A DNA stretch of 64,000 nt, taken from the sequence record PX393110.1; one strand, 5' to 3'. Below, one piece after another: positions 27,211 through 34,384 of this stretch (the stretch's first letter is position 1; each line of letters begins with the position of its first letter). This DNA comes from a phage. A program made the position numbers and the translations under genes. A model generated the notes under the pieces. It did no database searches. It worked only from the letters and a program-made list of their open reading frames with translations, and was not told the DNA's origin.

Positions 27211-28581
27211 AGTTTCCTTAGCCAAGAATACTTTAGGTACAAAGATCTTGAGGAACCCGAATAGAATACACAATACCCCAATCAGTACCGGAACAGCCGA
27301 TACAGCTACCAGAGTCTTCGTTACAGTTACTACGTCGCCACCTGCCCAGTTAAGTGCAGCAGCAACTACACCCATGCTTACAATCCAGAATACACGAGTT
27401 CTAGGAGCGGTCATGGACTCTACCGTAATACCTGCTGAGTCATGACCTGTAATAAAGAACAGGATCACAGACACGAGGGTAATTACCGAGAATATCCATC
27501 CGCCTGGGAAATTAGCCAGAAGCTGGAAGATATCCTGAGCACCATGTTGTAGACCAGCTACACCGAATACGGTAAACCAGACGTTACTGATGATGGTAGG
27601 GAACAGTACACATCCGAGGATCAGTTCGCGAATAGTACGGCCGTAAGAGATACGTGCCACAAACGCTCCGACGAATAATGCCCAACCTACCCAGGCTGCA
27701 TAGTAAGCATAAGGCCAGCTAGCCAGCCATTGCTTCTCTTCAGCAGTACTGCCGATGTTTACTGACATAGGAATAATCTGGAGCAGATAGCTACCAGAAT
27801 AGGTGATGGTCTTCCAGAGGTATTCGAAGAATGTACCACTTACAGCAACGAATGCCATAATAGATAGAGCTACGATTACATTATATCTGGATAACCACTT
27901 AACCCCACGATCGACACCAGTTACGGCACTAAGTACAGTACCCAGAGTCAGGAGCGCGATAATGGTGTAAGGACCAACATCCACTCCCAGGAACTCTTTA
28001 AATCCGGAACTGATCGGGCCTACTGCGTAGACGAACGACAGGGTTAAGCCTATGATGGTAGAGAAGAGTAAGCTTATCGTATTAAGGTTATTCAGAGCTC
28101 GGGACTTGAATAACTGATTAAGCGGACGGTCTTCACCACGTACATGCAGTAAGTACCCGAATGCCACCCCTACGACTGCATAAACTGCCCATGCGTTAAG
28201 TCCCCAGTCAAAGAAGGTAGTTACCATATTCTGACGTTCGGACATACCCTCCTGCTGATGGTACATAGGTTCGAGTACACCATAATAAATCATGGATACA
28301 CCCATACCGGTACTAAACATCATGGAGTAATAGGTAAAGCGATTATATTTCGGAGCACCTTTACCCAGCTTAATGTTACCATGCTTGCTGAATACAAAGA
28401 ATGCCAGGAACGCTAGGAAGATCAGCGAAGACCAGGTAAATATGAATCCATACTGAGATATGAATACAGACTTACTCCAGTCCATTACAGCACCAAACTG
28501 GGTGGGAGCTAACATAATGGCGAGTATGATACCCACCGTTACTAGCACCGTCCCCCAGGTAACTACCTTTGAATCTGACAT
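27199..28581 (-). CDS. BCCT-family (betaine/carnitine/choline-type) secondary transporter
   Basis: multi-TM protein; FSKHGNIKLGKGAPKYNRFTYYSMMFSTGMGVSMIYYGVLEP (cf. FSRYGNIRLG...WFAMLFxAGMGIGLxFxGVxEP) and VGAFVARISYGRTIREL (cf. GMFLARISRGRTIREF). Confidence 0.7.
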   Translation of the reverse strand: MSDSKVVTWGTVLVTVGIILAIMLAPTQFGAVMDWSKSVFISQYGFIFTWSSLIFLAFLAFFVFSKHGNIKLGKGAPKYNRFTYYSMMFSTGMGVSMIYYGVLEPMYHQQEGMSERQNMVTTFFDWGLNAWAVYAVVGVAFGYLLHVRGEDRPLNQLFKSRALNNLNTISLLFSTIIGLTLSFVYAVGPISSGFKEFLGVDVGPYTIIALLTLGTVLSAVTGVDRGVKWLSRYNVIVALSIMAFVAVSGTFFEYLWKTITYSGSYLLQIIPMSVNIGSTAEEKQWLASWPYAYYAAWVGWALFVGAFVARISYGRTIRELILGCVLFPTIISNVWFTVFGVAGLQHGAQDIFQLLANFPGGWIFSVITLVSVILFFITGHDSAGITVESMTAPRTRVFWIVSMGVVAAALNWAGGDVVTVTKTLVAVSAVPVLIGVLCILFGFLKIFVPKVFLAKETPPV

Positions 28582-28584
28582 TGA

Positions 28585-29493
28585 TTATTCCTCAATTACG
28601 CCCTTAGCGATTAACTGGCGACGGACGTATGCGTAGCCAGCAGGTGAAGTAGCGAGGACGATGTCCGCACTACGGAAGTTGGTTTCGATATAGAAGCACT
28701 CCTGAAGATCCCGCGTACAGAAGAGCTCAGTGCTCATCATACCCTCGCGTACGTTACATGCGTCTGCAACGAATTGCGCAACATCTTCGAAGTGGTCTAC
28801 CGAATGACTATAGCCGAATCCACGGGCATCAGTAGATATAACGTAGTTATGGCAGTACGGAGTGAAGTCAGTATCTTCGTAGGATTTACCCTGGATAGTG
28901 AAAATATCTGCATAATCCTTGAACCCGCTCGGGCTAACCAGAAGATCCCAGGCAACTACCATACCGTCGATAACATCTGCTTGAAGTACCAGAGAAGTAG
29001 TATATTCGTCCGGCGCCTTATCACAGACCAAAATTGGGGAGTCCCCCAGAAGGTCCGACATAGTGCCTGCACCCTTGCCCCCGTGAACACGATCACGGCG
29101 TACAAACGCCTCCTGAGGCTTCTGGTACAGTCTAAACGACGGTACAATCAGCGAATCAGGCATAGTTCCCAGATTAGCTTCGGAGCGAAGGCAGGATAAT
29201 TGGTCAGCTTTAGACCACGTACTTTCGATAGCGTGCAGATCGTTACCGATTTTGGTATAGATGTAGCTTTCCGGATTGCGGTACTTACCCTGATTCAGCT
29301 CTTCGATAACCGAGTCGAAATAAGGAAGTCGTACTGATCCCTCACGAGGAGCAGTTAACGCTACTGAACCATGCTTGGTATGATCCTGATCAACTACCAT
29401 AACCTGGTCCAGACTTACACCCATCTTAAGAATCTGGGATAGTGTAGCTGCTGTGTGGTTAGTGCAGCCAATCATCAAATCTAACTTCTTCAT
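28585..29493 (-). CDS. hypothetical enzyme, possibly ATP-grasp-like ligase
   Basis: glycine-rich HGGKGAG and C-terminal FYIETNFRSAD resembling the ATP-grasp E-x-N-x-R motif; weak. Confidence 0.3.
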   Translation of the reverse strand: MKKLDLMIGCTNHTAATLSQILKMGVSLDQVMVVDQDHTKHGSVALTAPREGSVRLPYFDSVIEELNQGKYRNPESYIYTKIGNDLHAIESTWSKADQLSCLRSEANLGTMPDSLIVPSFRLYQKPQEAFVRRDRVHGGKGAGTMSDLLGDSPILVCDKAPDEYTTSLVLQADVIDGMVVAWDLLVSPSGFKDYADIFTIQGKSYEDTDFTPYCHNYVISTDARGFGYSHSVDHFEDVAQFVADACNVREGMMSTELFCTRDLQECFYIETNFRSADIVLATSPAGYAYVRRQLIAKGVIEE

Positions 29494-29520
29494 TTTAATT
29501 CCTCAGTTAACTTGTACAAC

Positions 29521-29550
29521 CTAACAGCCTTTCGAACCCTAAAAAGAGCG
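29521..29550 (-). promoter_or_regulatory. class-1 conserved motif, copy 7 (variant)
   Basis: CTAACAGCCTTTCGAACCCTAAAAAGAGCG; about 27 nt upstream of ATG with GAGGA in between. Confidence 0.4.
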
Positions 29551-29594
29551 AAATAATAGATATCTAGCCACCTCGTAAGATGGCTATGTATATA

Positions 29595-30335
29595 TTACTT
29601 TAATTCGGAGAGATCTGCTATCTTCACCTTAGCTGTTACATCCCAGATTCCTTCACCAAATCCGGTATCTTCCAGCAGCTTAGGCACTTCACGTTTCTGT
29701 ACCTTAGACTGCTCGTACTTAAGCAGAGGAATATTACCGGTCTTATCCGATTGATCCCACAGATAAGTAGCAGCACCAATGTTATCGAACAGTGCGAGAT
29801 CTGGATTAAACTGGGTAAGGAGTCGGCAGTCCCAGTGAGATTTATGTTCCTCGAAAGGATTAGTCTCCGTACCACGCTGACGATACTCGTAGTTAGGAGT
29901 ACCGATCACGATTTTAGCCTTAGACTGGAATAGCTTAGACAACACCATAAGCCCATCTTCGCTATCCAGATGCTCCAACACATCTAGCCAGATAATAGTG
30001 CCGAATTTATCCAGCTCTTCAATAGGAAGATCTTTCAGCAGTTCAACGATATTGCAGATGTAGATATCGCTATATACATTTACACTGCCTTTGATGTAGT
30101 CTTCGCAGATGTCCAGACCTGTGATCTGACCTTCGAATCCTGCGTTACGGAGAGCTAGACCGATCTCTCCACGACCTAATCCCATATCCAGGATTGGCCC
30201 GGAGATAATTTCGTTACGGAGCATCCATTGGAGAAAGTGCTTCTGGACTAAGTAGGAGGTACCTCCGTTGCCCAGTGAAGCCTTCGTGACCTTAGTACCA
30301 GGAACGAAGTTACACTCGATATGTTTACCAAACAT
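29595..30335 (-). CDS. class I SAM-dependent methyltransferase (small-molecule type)
   Basis: motif I ILDMGLGRGEIG; post-I acidic GLDICEDY; TIIWLDVLEHL. Confidence 0.55.
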   Translation of the reverse strand: MFGKHIECNFVPGTKVTKASLGNGGTSYLVQKHFLQWMLRNEIISGPILDMGLGRGEIGLALRNAGFEGQITGLDICEDYIKGSVNVYSDIYICNIVELLKDLPIEELDKFGTIIWLDVLEHLDSEDGLMVLSKLFQSKAKIVIGTPNYEYRQRGTETNPFEEHKSHWDCRLLTQFNPDLALFDNIGAATYLWDQSDKTGNIPLLKYEQSKVQKREVPKLLEDTGFGEGIWDVTAKVKIADLSELK

Positions 30336-30361
30336 GTTCTGTCCTCATTAGTTTCGACACC

Positions 30362-30392
30362 TTAACAGCCTTTGGAGCCGTAAAAGAAGCGG
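30362..30392 (-). promoter_or_regulatory. class-1 conserved motif, copy 8
   Basis: TTAACAGCCTTTGGAGCCGTAAAAGAAGCGG; lies between a terminator hairpin and the SD/ATG of the methyltransferase. Confidence 0.5.
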
Positions 30393-30404
30393 TATTGTAC
30401 ATAT

Positions 30405-30434
30405 CCAAAAATTAGGGTGACCGAAGTCACCCTA
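30405..30434 (-). terminator. intrinsic terminator
   Basis: minus-strand RNA: AGGGUGAC-UUCG-GUCACCCU followed by AAUUUUUGG, directly after the topoisomerase stop. Confidence 0.55.
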
Positions 30435-30439
30435 GTTAG

Positions 30440-31687
30440 TTACAGTTTACCGATCATCTTCTGAATCATCTCATCAGAAGTCTGATTCTCTACCTTAGCA
30501 CGACGCTCTTGCAGATTAGCAATGCGGTCGTCGTGATCTTTCTTACGCAACATGCTAATGCTACGGCTAAGGCAGGAATTCAACACTTCCTGGGTAATAC
30601 CGAGAGCTTTGATGATCTGAGCATCAGACTTATCCTGCATAACCAGCTCGCCCACTTTAGGAAGAATCTGGTAAATCTCGATGTCTCGGTCAATCTTCTT
30701 AAGCGACTCAGTCTTATGGACGGAGAATGCCTGATTGTAGAGAGCCATCGTGACTGCAATCCAGTCGCGAATACCCATCGTCACCAATTGGCCATTATAA
30801 GCTACCTGGATACGATGCGAGCGGTTCATGTAAGCAATATTCATGCATGCTTCGTGAACCTCGTCCATATCGATGGTTCTGATACGTGGAGCCTTCATTA
30901 CTCGGATATAGATCTTATCCTTGGACATGTTCTTGACCAGGATCTTACCTTCGGACAGCCACTTATTCAGGAAGCCGATGCGAGGAGTAATCACCTCACC
31001 AGACCCGATGATGTCGATGGTATCGGTATTGACACGAGTCACCTTAAGGCTAAGACCGAGGCGACCTACACCAGTTTCCCACAGCTGCTTAAGGTCAGAC
31101 TTAGCAGGCACGATATCGTAACCGTACTGAGCCTTAAGCAGATTGTAGTCATCATGCTCATAAGCATCCAGCAGTGACTCATAGGTGAACGCTGGAATAC
31201 GAGACTGAATCCCCGTAGCCCATGAGAAGGTACCGTACATCAGAGCATACGGAATCGGCACCGGAAGGTACGCATATTCCATCTTCTCTTCACCTTCCAC
31301 CTGCGGAACATAGTCCGCTAAGCCGAAGTAGTACTCTGCACGATCTTCGTTCAGGCCAACCTTCGTGTAACGAGGAGCCGCACCAGGTACTTCTTCCAAC
31401 AGTTTCACACCGAAGGAACCCTGACCATCAATAGCTCCGATACGAGCCAGACGAGAGATAGTTCCATCGATAGACTGGTCGCCGAATGGGTGGAGCGACT
31501 GAGTCTCGGAGATAGCACTCAGAGTCCCAACCAGCTTCCCGCGAGCAATGCTATTCAGCGCCATGTAGATACGACGCTGAGCAGGAATCAGGCCATCGAT
31601 ACCAGGAACTACACGATGAAGAGCACAGTACACACTGTAGTCAGTGTAGTTCTTGGTGATGAATTCAGAAATCTTTACCTGTTCCAT
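30440..31687 (-). CDS. type II DNA topoisomerase, DNA-cleavage subunit (GyrA/gp52-like)
   Basis: IDGLIPAQRRIYMAL matches the GyrA-type RDGLKPVQRRILY segment. Confidence 0.6.
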   Translation of the reverse strand: MEQVKISEFITKNYTDYSVYCALHRVVPGIDGLIPAQRRIYMALNSIARGKLVGTLSAISETQSLHPFGDQSIDGTISRLARIGAIDGQGSFGVKLLEEVPGAAPRYTKVGLNEDRAEYYFGLADYVPQVEGEEKMEYAYLPVPIPYALMYGTFSWATGIQSRIPAFTYESLLDAYEHDDYNLLKAQYGYDIVPAKSDLKQLWETGVGRLGLSLKVTRVNTDTIDIIGSGEVITPRIGFLNKWLSEGKILVKNMSKDKIYIRVMKAPRIRTIDMDEVHEACMNIAYMNRSHRIQVAYNGQLVTMGIRDWIAVTMALYNQAFSVHKTESLKKIDRDIEIYQILPKVGELVMQDKSDAQIIKALGITQEVLNSCLSRSISMLRKKDHDDRIANLQERRAKVENQTSDEMIQKMIGKL

Positions 31688-31689
31688 AA

Positions 31690-33675
31690 TTACTCCTTAA
31701 ACAGACCGTAGTCTTCTAACAGTTGGCGACGAGCACGAGATGAGTACAACAATTTACGAGCGGCATCGAGATGCTCTTCGTTATCATCGTAGGTGACCTG
31801 GATAAGACGGCGAGTCTTCGCATTCACGATGAACTGCTCAGTCTCTTCCTCTGTGTAGGAACCGAGACCCTTACGACGTTCGACATAGGACTTATCGAAG
31901 TCGATCTTATCCTTCTCATCGGCGTAGTAGAACTCGGTCTTCTTACCGTTCTTGACCACATAGAACGGAGCTTCGAGTTTATACAGACGACCATCCTTAA
32001 CCAGCTCAGGAGCATGGATGAGGAAGATTGAACTGATGAGATTACTGATGTGCTGACCATCCACATCCAGGTCAGTCATAATGATGACCTTACCGTAGCG
32101 TGCTTTATCCAGGTCGAACATAGAACCCATGCCGCAGCCGATAGTGTTAATGATCGCCAGCAGTTCTGGGTTATTCACGAACTCCATAATATCCATGGAA
32201 GCCGAGTTACGCATCTTACCACGGAGCGGAAGCACCGACTGATACTCGTTACGCAGTTTGATGATGTTACCCGAAGCAGACGGACCCTCTGTGATGAACA
32301 GTTCACGAAGATCCCAGCGGTCAGACGGAGATTCGTAGATCTTCGCCATGTCTCCGTCCATAGCGGCCTTACGATGATCGTCACCCATCACCAGCTTGGA
32401 TTTAATGAAGTCCATGTTGGAGAGTTTATTCAGGCTGGCTTTGTAAGCCAGGATCTTGGCAATCAGAGCATCGAAGAACTGCTTATTCTGCTCATAAACC
32501 AGGCTGAAGTAGAATGTGAGCTGACTAAGGCATTCTTTCTCATAGAAGAAGTACTCGCCATAATAGTCGTAATCATTGATCTGCTCATCATCCAGCATCA
32601 GCTGATTCTTGGCATAGATTTCCCAGTCGCTCCAGGACATACCGAGACCAGTCAGCTTCTCCTTAGTCTGGGAGGAGAATGCAGTACGGTAGCTGGAGAA
32701 GACGTTAGTGAACACGATCAGACCCAGCTTAGCATCACCAACAGTGATGGCCGAGTTGATTTTATTCAGCATGCCGCCGAGCGCTCTCGTGACCAATTTC
32801 TCATGCAGACCACCATGCGGGTTATTGATCAAGTTGATCATGTCCACGTGGGAGTAAGACATATTCTTATCAGAATAGCCCAGCTCTCCGGAGAATGTCA
32901 GACGATCGTTGAACGAGAACTCATACTTAACAGTAGAGTCCAGGAACAGCTTCTCATTTTCGGCAACATCCGCACGGAAGTCCCAGGTAGCCAGAGCTTC
33001 ACCATTTACGGTGATAGTGGCATCTCGACCAATCAGGGAGATCTTCAGAGGAACCGTGTCCACATCAGACCAGATGCTGCGGTACAGAGTAGCATCAGGA
33101 ACCAGGAAGACTGCTGTAGAGAAGTCAGTAGCCTTTAAGGTCTCCAGCACTTCATCCGGAATACCGTCATCGTGAAGATCGTTCAGATCATTGATTACGG
33201 CATCAATCTGCATGATACCACGACGGAAGCCAAGCACGTAGAACTGACCAGGCTCCATAGGGATGTGTGCCTTATCACCCTGCATAACACGGCGAATCAC
33301 GATAAAGCGCTCAGACACTGCGTTAACAGCAGAGCTACCTACACCGTGAGTACCGGAAGTGATTTCGCGGTTATCACCCAGCTTGGAACCTGCGTGAAGA
33401 TCTGTTACAGTAGAGAACAGGATTGACTTAGTCGGATCTTCCGGATCAGCGTAGATAGGAATGCCGCGACCGTTGTCGGTAACCAATTTATAGGATTCAC
33501 GGTTAATGATCTGCACCAGGTTGGCATGACCATTAAGCAGCTCATCCTCCGCGTTATTGATTATTTCCTGGAGAGGATGAGTGTAGTTAATCGGGTCGCC
33601 CAGATACATCGACACGTTCTGACGAACGTTATCAGGGTAACGCAATCTTGTGATTTCAATAGCATGTTCTGACAT
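31690..33675 (-). CDS. type II DNA topoisomerase, ATPase/TOPRIM subunit (GyrB/gp39-like)
   Basis: GHKL ATPase N-terminus VSMYLGDPINYTHPLQEIINNAEDELLNGH; start refined to MSEHAIE (ATG at 33675). Confidence 0.7.
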   Translation of the reverse strand: MSEHAIEITRLRYPDNVRQNVSMYLGDPINYTHPLQEIINNAEDELLNGHANLVQIINRESYKLVTDNGRGIPIYADPEDPTKSILFSTVTDLHAGSKLGDNREITSGTHGVGSSAVNAVSERFIVIRRVMQGDKAHIPMEPGQFYVLGFRRGIMQIDAVINDLNDLHDDGIPDEVLETLKATDFSTAVFLVPDATLYRSIWSDVDTVPLKISLIGRDATITVNGEALATWDFRADVAENEKLFLDSTVKYEFSFNDRLTFSGELGYSDKNMSYSHVDMINLINNPHGGLHEKLVTRALGGMLNKINSAITVGDAKLGLIVFTNVFSSYRTAFSSQTKEKLTGLGMSWSDWEIYAKNQLMLDDEQINDYDYYGEYFFYEKECLSQLTFYFSLVYEQNKQFFDALIAKILAYKASLNKLSNMDFIKSKLVMGDDHRKAAMDGDMAKIYESPSDRWDLRELFITEGPSASGNIIKLRNEYQSVLPLRGKMRNSASMDIMEFVNNPELLAIINTIGCGMGSMFDLDKARYGKVIIMTDLDVDGQHISNLISSIFLIHAPELVKDGRLYKLEAPFYVVKNGKKTEFYYADEKDKIDFDKSYVERRKGLGSYTEEETEQFIVNAKTRRLIQVTYDDNEEHLDAARKLLYSSRARRQLLEDYGLFKE

Positions 33676-33711
33676 AGTTTCTCCGGTCAGGTTTAAATAA
33701 GCTCGCACAGT

Positions 33712-33742
33712 TTAACAGCCTTTGGAGGGCTCAAAGGAGCGG
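33712..33742 (-). promoter_or_regulatory. class-1 conserved motif, copy 9
   Basis: TTAACAGCCTTTGGAGGGCTCAAAGGAGCGG. Confidence 0.45.
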
Positions 33743-33994
33743 TTCTGGAAGAGCGTACCAACCAGACAGCTCAAAGAACTCATCCAGAGTTCCATTAAAG
33801 AAGGAGTCCAACTCCTTAGCCATTTCCCTGGCGAAGCGACCAGATTCGGTCGACATAACCACACGAGCTTCCTTCATGGGCTCCTTAACCACTTCGTACT
33901 GATCCTGGTTAGGGTAATATACAATGGCGCATTTCAGGTTTACCGACATAACCACCACCGTATTGAATTTAGTGACTTCGAGAAGCTTAACCAT
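33731..33994 (-). CDS. hypothetical protein
   Basis: 87 aa ORF. Confidence 0.3.
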   Translation of the reverse strand: MVKLLEVTKFNTVVVMSVNLKCAIVYYPNQDQYEVVKEPMKEARVVMSTESGRFAREMAKELDSFFNGTLDEFFELSGWYALPEPLL

Positions 33995-34236
33995 TATGCA
34001 GCTTCCCCTGTGACTTTCAGGAACTCGGCCACTTCTTCTGCATCAAATTTGCAGGAAAACTTAGCGCATTCCATAACCGCTTCGAACAGGGTATTGAAGC
34101 TGGAGTCATAACCACCGATTTGGCTAGAGAAGTGAACATTGAACTTTGTATCGAGGCCTGGGGTGTGCTGAATTTCAGCAGAGTTAGCGATTGCAACCAG
34201 AACAGCACCACCACGTGAACTTTTGATTATAGCCAT
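33994..34236 (-). CDS. hypothetical protein
   Basis: 80 aa ORF downstream of class-2 element D. Confidence 0.35.
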   Translation of the reverse strand: MAIIKSSRGGAVLVAIANSAEIQHTPGLDTKFNVHFSSQIGGYDSSFNTLFEAVMECAKFSCKFDAEEVAEFLKVTGEAA

Positions 34237-34267
34237 GATTTTATCCCAAATTAGAAGAGCCGCAGCG

Positions 34268-34350
34268 GGAACGCCCCGCCACCCAAAAGAACGGGCTTAA
34301 AGACGGCTCATAAATCGTTTTATTTTTCATTATTTGAAAAATAAAATAAT
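34268..34350 (-). promoter_or_regulatory. class-2 conserved intergenic element, copy D
   Basis: GCGGGAACGCCCCGCCACCCAAAAGAACGGGCTTAAAGAC...AATCGTTTTATTTTTC. Confidence 0.4.
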
Positions 34351-34352
34351 CT

Positions 34353-34378
34353 ACACAAAAATGGGGTCCGAAGACCCC
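34353..34378 (-). terminator. intrinsic terminator
   Basis: minus-strand RNA: GGGGUC-UUCG-GACCCC followed by AUUUUUGUG, directly after the Mre11-Rad50 stop. Confidence 0.55.
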
Positions 34379-34384
34379 ATCTAA

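Noticed and set aside
32050-33138. Long plus-strand ORFs antisense to minus-strand genes (32050-33138, 362 aa; also 34463-35098, 35082-35555, 25946-26521, 30509-31177, 56045-57091)
   Set aside because: Each lies wholly inside a gene on the opposite strand with clear domain motifs (topoisomerase, Mre11-Rad50, GT-A, capsid); they have low-complexity or atypical composition and no ribosome-binding sites, consistent with antisense-frame artefacts.
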